Below are positions 31,185 through 43,855 of a DNA stretch of 64,000 nucleotides, piece by piece (position 1 is the first letter of the stretch; the number at the start of each line of letters is the position of its first letter). The notes under the pieces were generated by a model that had not been told where the DNA came from, did not search any database, and saw nothing but the letters and a program-made list of their open reading frames with translations. A program made the position numbers and the translations under genes. Location: the NCBI RefSeq assembly GCF_009914755.1, contig NC_060926.1; one strand, 5' to 3'. This DNA is from the human T2T-CHM13v2.0 reference genome, Homo sapiens.

Positions 31185-31325
31185 ACTCATTCATTTGTTT
31201 ACTCATTCATATAATCAGTATTTATGAAATGCGTAATATAAACCAGATATTGTCCTAGGTTCTAAAGACACAAAGGTAAGCCAGTCAGGCAAAAACTGCT
31301 ACCTTCAAGGAGCTCACATTCTAAT
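31185..31325 (-). mobile_element. L2 3'-end fragment
   Basis: CATTCATTTGTTTACTCATTC...AGGAGCTCACATTCTA. Confidence 0.65.
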
Positions 31326-31403
31326 ATGATATACAGTATCACATTTATCATATTTGTGTTATTAATATTCATGTTAGCAGGATTCAAATAAAAAGTAAGT
31401 CTA

Positions 31404-31665
31404 CACTTCCGGAGGCCGAGGCCGGTGGATCACTTGAAGTCAGGAGTTCAAGACCAGCCTGACTAACATGGTGAAACCCCTTCTCCACTAAAATTACAAA
31501 AATTAGCCAGGTGTCATGGCGGGCACCTGTAATCTCAGCTGCTTGTGAGGCTGAGGCATGAGAATCACTTCAACCTGGGAGGCAGAGGTTGCAGTGAGCC
31601 GAGATTGCACCACTGAACTCCAGCCTGGGTGACAGAGAGAGACCATGCCAAAAAAAAAAAAAAAA
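31404..31665 (+). mobile_element. AluS SINE, 5'-truncated
   Basis: Begins at CACTTCCGGAGGCCGAGG, ends in A-tail. Confidence 0.9.
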
Positions 31666-32119
31666 GCCTAGAGCTCCACAGAGAAGTTGCAACAGGAAGT
31701 GGAAACAGAGCAGGCATATGGAAGCAGTGTAGACAATAAACCTATGTGACCTCGTCTTTAATGGGGATGTTTTTCAGGTCGCTTCAGGTCGCCATCTATT
31801 GAGTATATAATATTGTGGTACACCAGTGGACAGACCACAATTCTGATTAACTTACAAGTAGAAAGTGGCAGGCTCAAAATAGGACATCAGCCTGTGTGCT
31901 TATCCAGTCCCTATTTCCTGTCTGTTTCAGCTCCCTCAAAGTGTTTCACATCATTCCTAATGATACTTCAAATACTAAATGATACTACTAGGAAATCACA
32001 ACTTTAGTTTAACGTGGCTTTCTATCTTTGATCCATTGTTAAGCTCCCCATAGTAATTTACTCACTTCTTGCTATGCCATTGAATCTTACCAGTAATGTT
32101 CTGTTGCAACTATTTTGTA

Positions 32120-32230
32120 TACTCACTTATTGGATAAGGAAACCGAGATTCAGAAAGGTTTGGTCAACCTCATGAGGTCACACAGCCAGAAGGGAATAAA
32201 CGCATAGGCAGTCCCAGGTCTTCCTGCTTC
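32120..32230 (-). mobile_element. MIR fragment
   Basis: GATAAGGAAACCGAGATTCAGAAAGGTT...AGGTCACACAGC core. Confidence 0.65.
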
Positions 32231-32898
32231 ACATCTTGCATTCTGGACAGTGCTATTAGATGTTGTGCTCTATATAATGCTCTCAGGTGTTACTAGGGGG
32301 AGCAGAGATGGTAAGTCATGGTCCTTGTCCTCTATCAATTTATAATCTAGTGTGGAAATAAAGCATCGACAAATAATTGCAAGGCAGGACTATATATTTT
32401 TAATGAATAAAACTCTTAAATCTAGGTAATAACAAGAAGGAAAATCTACAAAGCTCATATTACAAGAGAAGGCATGCGAGAGCGTATGCTGTCCCGGCAA
32501 TTGGGATTGGCTAGAAAGGCTACAGATTACAGTTCACTGCAAAGGCTGATCACTGAGAATTCTTGCTGGTGGAGAGAATATACCTAGACTGTTTTTCCGA
32601 GTTGAAGTTGTATATATAACCCAACCAGAAATCAGAAGCTCTGGTTCCCCTCTTTTTCTCAGACCACATACTCTTCCAGAAAAGCCCTATATTCTTTTCC
32701 CCATTCTCTTATAGCCATTTCAGTCAAGACTTCATGCAAAATCAGCCTCCTCCAGGGAACTGTGCTGTCCAGGCCTGTGCCCTGCTGAAGTGGGAAAGGC
32801 TGTTCTCCCCATCTGAGGCTCACCTGTGGTGGAATCAAATGACCCAGCACCAGGCACTGCTCCTGGGCAGGAGGGGCATTGATAAATGTTTGCTTTCG

Positions 32899-33357
32899 TG
32901 AGAGGAAAATAAAATCTTGGGACCCCAACTCGCTATGCAAAAAGGAAAAAATTAAGCTGAAAGCTGAGTCATGTAAGAAACTGCCTTTCTGTTTGCTCCT
33001 AAGCAAATAGCAACAGATTAAAGGCCAGATATCTCCACAGGTTCTATGTTCACTTTATCTAATGTAAAGTGCCAATTTATTGAGCACAAAATGAATACAT
33101 AATTGACGATTTCCCTACCTGCTCCTTTTCTCTAGCAAAATGTGAATTCAGTAATGTGACCACATGTTCTTTCTTTTCCCTCCAGCCTGCTTTTCTCCTT
33201 TAAATATTGAGGCCCTCAAAATAATCTTTGGAGAAAGACACAGACTGCAGGCCGTTTCCATGATTTCTGTGTTTCTTTCTTACAGGCATGTCCTTAACCT
33301 TGACAAAATAAACTTCTAAATTCATTAAGACCTGTCACAGATGCTTTTTGGTTTGCA
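32899..33357 (+). mobile_element. MER4C-like ERV1 solo LTR
   Basis: TGAGAGGAAAATAAAATCTTGGGACCCC...AAAATAAACTTCTAAA...TTTTTGGTTTGCA. Confidence 0.82.
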
Positions 33358-36300
33358 CTGAGATGCATCAACTTCCTGCAAATTGCTAGGGAAGCAGATG
33401 CCTGGACCTGTAAGAGAAATTTTCATTGTGCTTTTGCATCCTGAGAATAGTAATTAATTTTATTTTTGACTGTCTCAGAAGAAGTTTTGTTATATTCTCT
33501 ACCCTTGCCTAGAGTGTTACAGAATATCTTGGCTGGGGCAATGTGGGGGATGGGAGTGTCTTTCTAGAGGAAGAAATAATTCATGGAATTCTTTTTTCAA
33601 ATTCCCATGAAATCCTCAGTGCCTCAGGGGCCAAGTTAACAATCTGGTTTTTGTTAGGTTTCTGCTAGGTCCGTTTTCATCATGAAGTTGTAGAAAGTAA
33701 AGTCTCCACATTGTTATGAACCTTTAATCTTCTTGTCATCTGTATTTCAGGTCAAACAGCTGATAATGTGTGGAAGAGGCACTGCATCCCAAGATTACCA
33801 TGAGCAAGGGATTTGGAATCCAATAGAAGAAGTTTGCGTCACTGAGATATCCAGGTGCAATCCTGTGGTCACACTTGACTCTTCCTTCCCTTCCTCTTTC
33901 CTCAGTCACAGGGTTCTGCTGGTCTTCATGAGGAATCACCTCCCATAGCCACGCCCACCACCAACCCCCACCCAGCCTATGTTGGGTGGTATCAGCAGCA
34001 TCCTCACTGGCCCCTACCTCCCCTTACAAATGCATCAGTCATCTCTGCACTTGATCGCTGCATTATTTGGTTCTCATTATTTGCCTTCTAAAGCTTAACA
34101 TTAGCCTTGAGGGGGGAAAAGAGGAAAGCCTTGGTGGAACTTGACCTGTATCGCTTCCCTGCCACAGCACCCTGCACCCCTTACTCTCGCCCTGCTCTGG
34201 TGCAGGGCCCAGCTCCCAGGCTGACGCCTCCTTGAGTCTAGTGGTGGGTAAAGCCGAGTGCCTGTCGGCTCATTGGATTTAAAGTGAGTTCTTCCAAGGC
34301 ATTCCCTGATTCACTGTTGAGGACGGGGTCCTCCATCTCTCCCTCTCTTTCCTCACCACCCTCCTCCTCAGCTTAGAGCTTCCCTGTTTTTGGTGGAGAT
34401 GGACATGTGGCATGAATAAGACAAATCCTCTTTGTCTTATGTTTTACATCTTGGACTTTGCCTCCTAAAATAATAACCTGACAACTTTTTTTTTAAATGG
34501 GTTCATCTGCTTTGGACATGACCCTGCTGGGGAAAATGACTCACGGAAGACAGCATTAATATTCTAATTTCCCAAATTATTTCTCTGCCTTGTCCCAGTG
34601 TGTGGTCCTTCTAGCTGCCATCCCTCCCAGAGGTGTTTGGGAAGCTTTCCACAGCAATCTTATAGTAAGGCAGCATTCGGCAGGAAACCAAGCAGGCCCA
34701 CTTCAGGCTTGACCCTGGACCTGGCTGTCCCAGAGCACCCCACTAGACCATGAGGTCTGTGTGGGCCATCCTGTTCCATCGCCTATCCCTTCTTGTAACA
34801 GAGATAATGAAGCCATGAAATTTTGTTAAATGAATTAATGGACGATCCATCTTCACCCTGTACCACCCTACTTCCCACAGGAAGGCTCCTGCTAACTGCA
34901 AAGAGCCCTTAAGTACCCATGTGAATAATACAGGAGGTTTAGGAAACGTTTTCCTCTTAATATGGGAAAAGGGACTATTCTTAATGTAAGTTCCTTTGGA
35001 CCAGAATGTGTCACTGGCCAAGAAAAAGAAAAAATGTGATCGTATAAGCAGGTATGAATATGTCAAGTCATTAATATCAGCCTCCATGCAGCAAATTGCT
35101 TGTCACGCTTCATTTATACTCATTTATGAAGAAACAGGAGTATTTGCAGAGAGAGGCCATAAATATATTTTACATCGCTCTCTGGAAGCTTTCATCTCCT
35201 GGCTTGGAAGAGTCTGACAGGGGTTCCCAGCCCAGGCGGACTGTGAAGGCAGAGCAGAGTCTGAGAGGAAGCGAGAGGGGCAGGGGAAGGAAAGAAAAGG
35301 GAAAAAAAGGATTGTCTACTAAGCAGGAGCTATAAAAATTTATGAGTCTGAAGCAGGCCTGGATTTATGCATTGAGACAATTTCGTTAAACTAAATGAAA
35401 GTTAATCTGTTGTAAATCTTCACAGTTCTCGGTGATTCTGCAGAAATTCATTTACAGTAATTGGGAATAAGAGGAAACATAATGAACTCACTGATCCTGA
35501 TGTATCTGAGGTCACTGTGGACATGAGAAAATGCCCTGCCTGCATTTAGAAGGATACGTAGCCATGGAGGTACCTGTCACCTGTGTGTTCTGACCGCGAG
35601 GGGGACAGAGCCAGTGTGCTGGTCCCATCCCAACCCCCAAGTGCAGCATGACCTGCCTCGTGCTGCGTTTCCATGTCATCTGTACTCATGTGCCCAAGCC
35701 TTCAAAAGACCCACCAGGATGAGGTTGCCCGCCCTGCTTCTGGCCTGCACCATGAGCTCCCCTGCTGGATACTGGCTGATGGGCAGATGCCTTGCGTTGC
35801 AGCCACCTGCTGGGGTGACACAACTGATGCCTCTGGCAGTTGTTCCTGACTCCTCCCACTCCCAGAATCATCTCTGTCTGGCTCTGGACCCCAAAATCAG
35901 CCACTCAGACAAGTCTTTCAGATTCCACTGAATCTTGTTCAATCCTCTGTCATCGACTTATTAAGTGATCTATAGCCAGTGGATTCCAAACATGGAATCA
36001 TTTTATTCACTTTTTCTGTAATCACTGCTTTCACCATGCTGCCCAACTTTCATCTCATCTTTAATGACATGCTATGTGAATTTTACACATCTCGGTCACT
36101 TCTGGTTTTTGAAAGTTAGCATTGTTTGAACCTCTCTTTTACCTTGGATGACAACTTTTCCCTTCGCCTCTTAATCCAGGCATCTGGCTCCAGGAAGGCA
36201 GAATGGGGAGGAGGGGGGATGGCTGGCTTTCTCACGCTTGCTCACCTCCTTCTGCTGGAGGCTAAGAGGGCTGTCAGGAGTCAGTCTGAGTCACCCCTGA

Positions 36301-37531
36301 GGATGGATGAGGAAATGCCAGGTCTCTCTCTGGCTTATCCAGCTGTATCCTTTGGCAGGCTCTGCTCTGTGCTGGACTGTAAGGATGACATGCCTGGTCT
36401 TCTTGGGTCTCTGCTCATCTATACCCTGGCTTTTTCCACTGCCGTGACCCTCTTTGGTCCCTGCTGGTGGTCCATGTCACACTCAGAGGGTAAAGGAACC
36501 CCTGGACTTCCTGAGATATAACTGGGTGATGAGAACACAGAATGTAGCCTGGGAAGGAGAGGTTTGCAGCTGTTAGACTCAGTAAAGTCTAACAACTAGA
36601 AACCTCCACTGTGCCAGAGGGACATATGTCGCTGCTTCTGTGTGGTTGAAGGAGGAACACAAGTTCATCTTTATCAAATTCCAGCAATAAGCTGCACTTC
36701 ATATATGTTTTCTTATTCCATCCTTAACACCTCTGCAAAATAGATATCACACTTCTGGTGTCTATATGGGAATAAAAATAAGCAGAAATTTCATGGGCAT
36801 GCATTGTATGATGTGCCATGGGAAAAGACTTTAGGGTTTAGGTGGAGAGCAAAGGAGTCCAGAGGGCACAGAATGGATGTTTTGGCAGTGCAAGGAGGCA
36901 GGGAGTGGCAGTGATTTGGGAAGAGAAGTAAAAACTGATTGCAGTGTACAGGAATGGAAAGTAGTTCTAATTCCCTAGAAAAACAAATGAGGGTTTGATG
37001 CCTGTGAGCATTGTGTTGTGAGCAAGCAGTTCCTTTCTGGGCCCTATTCCCTAAGCCTGTATATAAGCACAGAAACCCCTAAGAAACCTATATGGTGAGA
37101 CTCCTCTAGTCTATCTCGAACCAAAGAAGCCTCTTGCAGGAAAGGGGAGTTTCTGGGATCATTAGGCCCTGCCTGAATTAATGTTAATTCAATACTCTGG
37201 TGTACCTTTGTGATTAGAACACCTGACCCATATATTGACTGGAACCAAAAGTTCTTAGAAGGGGGTGGATGGATATGCTAACCTGGACACATTTCTTAAA
37301 ACTATATTAGGAAGTTTATTTTAATTTTTTCCACGCTTCATGTATTTAGGGAGGAAACTCAAGCCCAGACAGGTTAAAACTGTAGCCCAGTTTACAGTGC
37401 TCCTAAATGGAAAATTCAGAGCACTGGCTCAATTGTTTTCATTCCTCAGCACCTGGCAAGACCTTCCTTTCCCAAATAATGATTTGTTGACAGACTGGTG
37501 TTTGACATGCCATGCTACACATGAAAACATA

Positions 37532-37826
37532 TTTTTTTTTTTTTTGAGACAGAGTCTCGCTCTGTCGCCCAGGCTAGAGTGAGATGGAGTGATCTCGGCT
37601 CACTGCGACCTCTGCTTCCCAGTTTCAAGCGATTCTCCTGCCTCGGCCTCCTGAATAGCTGGGACTACAGGCTCCCGCTACCACTCCTGGCTAATTTTTT
37701 GTATTTCTAGTGGAGACAGGGTTTCACCATATTGGCCAGGATGGTCTCGAACTCCTGACCTTGTGATCCGCCTGCCTCGGCCTCTCAAAGTGCTGGGATT
37801 ACAGGTGTGAGCCACCACGCCCAGGC
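37532..37826 (-). mobile_element. AluS (Sc/Sg-like) SINE
   Basis: Full dimer; TSD TGAAAACAT (37522-37530, 37827-37835). Confidence 0.93.
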
Positions 37827-37996
37827 TGAAAACATGAATTTTAAAGGACAAATTTTTTGTGGTACTTGTAGTTTTCACAATTTAAGTCTCATTAATCATT
37901 AGTTCTTCTTTTCAAACAAGCTTATCAGGTGGGAGTAAGTGCTGAGGCTGAGAAGGCAGTGAAGGCACAAAGATTCCTACGGGTGGATTCCAGAAT

Positions 37997-38913
37997 TGTT
38001 CTGACAAGTCTCTGATACCATGTGGGTGTCCCACAATCCAATTCAGCTTTGACACCAACTACCCAGAGTTAGTGCAGACCCCACACATTAAAAACAAAGT
38101 CTCTCAGGTGACTATCCTCACTTCAGACAACAGTGGCAAGTGTGGATGTCCCAAACCATCCCTACCTTTTCCCCACCAGCTACAAATTCCAAAATACGAT
38201 GTTTCCACCAAACTAAACAGACCACAATTCACCTCTGATGCTGACCACCCAAGATTAGTGTCAGATCCCACACCGGGTTTGGCCCTTGACGAGACAGACC
38301 TCAGTCAGATGTCAGCTGCAAGTCTTAGGACCATACACACTTCTGACTGACTGACTGTAAATCTAAGGGTTTCCATAACCCTCTCAGTTTTGATAATTTA
38401 TTACACTGACTCCTAGAACTTCCTGAAAGTTCTATACTTATAATTCTAGTTTTATCTTAATGGACCTAGATCCAGAATAGCCAAATGAGGAGACGCAAAG
38501 GGCAAGATCTGGGGGTAGGGAATGGATCCTTCGTGCCCTCACCTCATGGAATCAGAGTGTGTCACTGTCTCAGCACATGAATCCATTCACCAACCAGGAA
38601 GATCCACTGAGCCTCTGTGTCCAGAAGTTTTTACTAGGGTTTCATCACATGGGAATGATTTATTAAATCACTGGCCATGTGATGGAACTCAACTTCCAGC
38701 CCTTGTCCCCTCTCTAAGGTCAGATGGCTGAAAGTTTCAGTGCTCTAATCACATGGCTGGTCTTTGTGATGACTAACTCTCATCCAGAAGTTATCTAGGG
38801 ACCCATCAAGAGTCAGCTCACATGTGCCAGTCACTCAGGAAATTCCAAGGGTTTTTGAAGCTCTACGACAAGAACTGGAGATAAAGAGCAGATATATTCT
38901 TTATTATACCACA
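37997..38913 (-). mobile_element. MER21 (A/B-type) LTR
   Basis: Minus-strand start TGTGGTATAATAAAGAATATATC; GAGTTAGTGCAGACCCCAC and CACCAACCAGGAAG motifs; left boundary approximate. Confidence 0.8.
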
Positions 38914-39049
38914 CAATGAGATGGAGGAATAGCATCATTACAAGGAAGAAGGAACCCAGGAGGGGAGCCAGAGGTTCTCAACTTGGGGATACAATAATGA
39001 GTGAAAACAGATATGGTTCCTGCCTGAATCCAGTGGCTCTAGGGAATCA

Positions 39050-39270
39050 ATATGGTGTAGTGTTTAAGAACACAGCTCTGGTCCTTCCTGCCTCTTACTT
39101 GCTGTGAGACTTCAAATAGCTTTGTAATCTCTCTGAGCTTGTTTTCCATATCTGTTTAAATATGGTGCTAGAAATAGGCCTACCCTCAAAGTCTTGTTGT
39201 GGAGATTTAATGAGATAATCCATGAAATGTGCTTAAAACAGTGTTTGGCATAAAGTAAGATTACTATAAC
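39050..39270 (+). mobile_element. MIR
   Basis: AATCTCTCTGAGCTTGTTTTCC...GTTGTGGAGATTTAATGAGATAATCCATG...GGCATAAAGTAAG. Confidence 0.75.
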
Positions 39271-39374
39271 CAGCATCACCTTTATTGTAGTGAAGAAGAC
39301 AGACATGAAAAGTCTGTGAAATAATAATTACATAATTCTCTAAGCAATCAAGGAAAGTAAATAAGTTTTATTAT

Positions 39375-39534
39375 AGTCATGTTTTTAAAACTGGGAGTCA
39401 TAACTCATTGATGAGTCATAAAATCAATTTAGTAAGTAACGGAATTTCTGAAAGCTGAAATAAAATAAATAAAATACATAGTATCCCTAAAAAATTATTT
39501 CCATTGCATGTGTGTGAATGTGTTTGTGTCTATG

Positions 39535-39568
<34 letters not shown>

Positions 39569-39612
39569 GTACTGAGTCACAATGGAAAATGTATTTCTTC
39601 ACCTGGGCTGTA
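39375..39612. mobile_element. Probable hAT-Charlie MITE (family uncertain) containing a (TG)n
   Basis: AAAACTGGGAGTCATAACTCATT...AAATCAATTTAGT...AAAATGTATTTCTT resembles old Charlie MITEs. Confidence 0.45.
39537..39567. repeat. (TG)15 microsatellite
   Basis: Perfect TG dinucleotide run. Confidence 0.95.
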
Positions 39613-39911
39613 ATTTCAGCTTACTAGACTGTGAGTTCTTTTATAGGACTGTAAGCTATTTGAAGGCAGGATAACATTATAATGATCTTTCAATTTCTAA
39701 AAGTCAAACAGGTCCATGTACAAAATACACATCAGTAAATGAGTGTTCATTAAAAGAGATTGATTGGTGGATACAGTTGGATTCTAGATGTCTTCACTGA
39801 ATATGGGACATAAACAAATGTTTTTGAGATATACTGAAGTGGAGACAGAAAACAGGTAAGTTCTGGACCCTGTTCTCTAAGACTATATGTAAACAAAGAA
39901 AACCTCAGAAA

Positions 39912-40221
<310 letters not shown>

Positions 40222-40249
40222 CCACTAGAATATAATCAAGAGAGTATTC

Positions 40250-40675
40250 TTTTGCTTATTCAAGAAATATTAAATAAGTATCTACTATGTAACTAGCACT
40301 ATTCTAGGAGCAGAGGATAAAGTACTGAGCAAAGAACCTGTGCTAGTGGAAACTGAATTCTAACAAAGGAGATAGAAAATTAGCACCCAGATATATATAT
40401 TCTGATAAAACACAGATAAATGCTCTGCGGAAAAGCAAAGCAGAAGGAGGAGAGAGTGCCTCAAGCTGCTTTCCTAGATGTGGAGATCAGAGAAGGACTT
40501 GGAAAAGCTGATGTCAGAGCACAGACCCAGATGTAGAGTTGAGCCATCAGCTGTCTTGGGAAAGAGCACTGCAAGAAAAGAAAATGCAAGAGCAGGTGTC
40601 TGAAGATGGGGTGTGTTTGATGCGTTTAAGGAAGAGCAAGAAGGTTGCAGTGGCTGAAGATGAGAGAGTGACGAC
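40250..40675 (-). mobile_element. L2 fragment
   Basis: TATTCAAGAAATATT...CTACTATGTAACTAGCACTATTCTAGG...AGGAAGAGCAAGAAGG. Confidence 0.65.
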
Positions 40676-41779
40676 ATTGTGTGTGTGTGCATGTGTGTGC
40701 ATGCATAATCAGGCAACCAAATGCTATTCATGATGAGCTAGGAAAAGAGGACAATGACACCTTGAAGATAAAAGAAATAGCATGCAATGGGCAACCATTA
40801 TGTACCAATGACAATGGATTCCTTCATTTAACCCTCACAACAGCCACCATGACAATAACATTAGCTAATAATGTATCAGTTAATATCTTAATCACTTGTG
40901 TGTATGACCTCATTTATAAGAAACCTGTGAAGCTTTATAAAAGAGAAAAGAGGCTCAGAGATTTGAAATAATTTGCCCAAGTGATTTGGTCTAAGAACAA
41001 GCCAACTTGGATTTTGAATGATTGCCACATCGCCCCACATTCTGATTGCCCTCACACTGTCTCTTTATGGAGGGATATTTGAGATTGTGTCAGACTCAGG
41101 TAGATCTGGGAAGGCAGAACAAGCATGAGAAGGAAGGGACATTTCAGGTATATCAGCTTAGATTGAAGCCAGGTAAGAGGGTGGGGGCCCTGCAGGGCTG
41201 TAGAAGGAAGCACGACCCATGTGAGGGGTCTGCAGGCAATTCTGCTCCCGCGCTCCCTTTGCCAAGTGCCACCTGCCATCACAGTGGGAAAAGGGCAGCT
41301 ACCTGAATTGTCATGGCCCAGTGGGGACTCACAAGCAATGAAGCTGCCCTCAAACAAAGCTGACAACGTTCTGGTGAGGAGAAGGGCTAAGGCTCAGGAA
41401 GGGATGTCCTTGAAGGATGCAGGATGCTGGACTGGAGCTGTTGCCATGGTGATAGTCCAAGAGTGCCAGTGTGCTGCCTTCCCTCCACTCTGCCCTTTCT
41501 GAACAGGTGCTGTGAGTGGGTGGCCTGGCAAGGATGCTTTCCATTATGCCCCAGACTGACTCCCAGATAACCTCCCATCAGTGTCAGCTCTAGACCCTGA
41601 AAGCCTGGTAGGAGACGAATTTTCTCACCTGCAGTGGATAGAAGGTGCAGGTGTGCCTGCAAATGCAGGGAAACACCACCCCATTAATCAAAGATGCCCC
41701 ACATCCACTGACATATAAAAGGACCTACAAGACAAAGAGAGGAGCAGTGGGCATGCCAGAAACCTGTGCGTCTCATAAG

Positions 41780-42535
41780 TGATAGGGACAAGAGGCAGAA
41801 AAATTCTAGGCAGAAAAAGGCAGGGTTCCTAGTGAAGCCCCACCCTCAGACCTAAAGCCAGAGCCCAAAGTGAGAACTTTACATCCTCATTTTCCCACTG
41901 GAATGTTGCCTTTTCCAAAATCACCCTAGCCTGCCCACCTCCCATCCTGTACCCATAAAAACCCCAGGCCCAAACTGACAAAGGCATGGCAGAGAAGGAG
42001 AGAAGAGAAGAAGCAGCCAGACATCGGAAAGAAACATTTTGACTTCAGAGGGACAGCTTGACGGCGGGACCTCAGAGAAGAGTTCAGCTGGGGACCACCA
42101 AACTCCAGGGGAAGACCACCTTCCCACTCCATCCCCTTTCCAGCTCTTCATCCCACTGACAGCCACTTTTATTGGCAATAAAATCCCCCACATTTACCAT
42201 CTTCAATACGTTCATGTCACCTGATTCTTCCTGGATGCCAAACAAGAGCTCAGGATACAGAGGGCTGTCACACTGAGCCCTTAAACACTCAAGCCATCCA
42301 CAGGCAGGAAAACTAAAAGAGCACACTGCAACACATGCCCTCTGGGACTCTGGGGGTTGCGGGTACTCCCTACCTGCTGCCCCAAGGCCACACAGAGTTC
42401 AGCTCCTGCTAGCGCCCAGAAGCACTCATCCCAGCCCCTGCACCCACTCACCTGTGTGCTCCTCCTCCCATGAGGGGTTGAGAGCTGCAGGCTGAGTAAG
42501 TCCTGTGAAGGAGTCAAGAAAAATTTCCTGTTTCA
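41780..42535 (+). mobile_element. LTR1-family ERV1 solo LTR (HUERS-P2 type)
   Basis: TGATAGGGACAAGAGGCAG...GCCCCACCCTC...CCCATAAAAACCCC...AATTTCCTGTTTCA; TSD TAAG/TAAT. Confidence 0.85.
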
Positions 42536-42573
42536 TAATCAACGTCCTGCATAAAATGTATAGCTTAATGCAC

Positions 42574-43230
42574 AGTGCAGAATTTAACCTTGCTTAAAAG
42601 GAGGCCTGACCTTTGCCCTTGGCTACTGGGAACTGATCTCTAGGCTCCTGGAATGTCATACCTGATGGAGTGACTTGGCCTGGGGGTCTTGAGTTCCCCT
42701 GGATAGCTAACAGTGTGATTTAGAATGGGGGCTGTCCACATTGGATACTAACAAAGTGACCTGGGGTGGGGGCTTTTGGTCACACAATATCAGTCAGCTA
42801 AAGGAGGGCTGAAAACTGAGGTCAATCATGTGGACAACTAATCAGTCACACCTACGTGATGGAGCTCTACTACAGACTCTGCACACCAAGGCTCAGGTGA
42901 GCTTCCCTGGTTGGCAGTACTCAGTGTGAATGGTCACACATGAATGCAAGGAGGGAAACATTGCCCTCACTCCACAAAGGGAGGACGACTAGAAACTCTG
43001 CACTTCATCCCCTCCTGGACTCTCCTCTAGATATCTCTTCCCTTGGTCAACTTTTATCTGTATCTTTTCCCTGTAACAAACTGTAACTGCAAGTACCACT
43101 GCTTTCATGAGTTTTGTGAGTGCTTTTAGTGAATTATCAAAAACAGAGGGTAGCTTGGGTGCCCTCCCAAAATTTCAATTGTTGTCAGATGTAAGGGTGG
43201 TCTTGTGTGAGCTGATCCCTGGCTTTCACA
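42574..43230 (+). mobile_element. MER77-like LTR
   Basis: GTGCAGAATTTAACCTTGC...CCAAGGCTCAGGTGAGCTTCCCTGGTTGGCAGTACT...TAGTGAATTATC. Confidence 0.72.
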
Positions 43231-43479
43231 CTCACCAACTGGTAGATGATGCCTGGGGTCCATTCTCCCACTGGTCTTGGCTGGCTATGACATCCCAGGT
43301 CTCTGGGTGTCAGCATGTGCATTTCAGCATGTGCGTCTCTAAATTTGACATGATATGTACGAAATATGGCTGCTGTGAGGATTAAATCATGTGCTAACAC
43401 AGGAGTGACCTGCAGAATAAACCATAACAATCCAGAAATTATCTACCACTCTTCCTCACTCCCTCTGGTCTTACCAAAC

Positions 43480-43855
43480 AAGCCAAACTCACTCCTAACC
43501 TCTGGACTTTTACTTTGCTTCCCCCTGTCCTGGGAAGGAGTGCCCAGCACCTCCCATCACATAGGTCTCAGCTCACATGTCCTTTCCTTCAGGGGGTCTT
43601 CCTTGGCTCTCTCCAACTTAGCTCTCACCCCGGGCAGCTCCAACCACTTCTCTCTGTCTTACTTTCTTCATAGCCATTGTCACCAGCTGAAGTTCTCTTG
43701 ATCATGTCTTGATTCATGGGTTTAATGTCCATCTTTCTCTACAGAATTAAGCTCCAGAAAAGTAGTTCCAGATAGGTCTTGTTCATAGCTGAATTTATGG
43801 AGCCTACAGCTATACTTGGCCCATAGTAGAAGGAGGATTTGTTGAGTTAATGAAT
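43480..43855 (+). mobile_element. L2 3' fragment
   Basis: AATTAAGCTCCAG...TTGGCCCATAGTAG...TTTGTTGAGTTAATGAAT. Confidence 0.65.

Noticed and set aside
35614-36521. 105-aa and 131-aa ORFs in the unique island
   Set aside because: Non-ATG starts, no motif similarity, no consistent exon structure
38030-38370. Internal ~190-bp diverged duplication in the MER21 LTR
   Set aside because: Probably an intrinsic feature of the MER21 subfamily consensus rather than locus-specific; cannot verify
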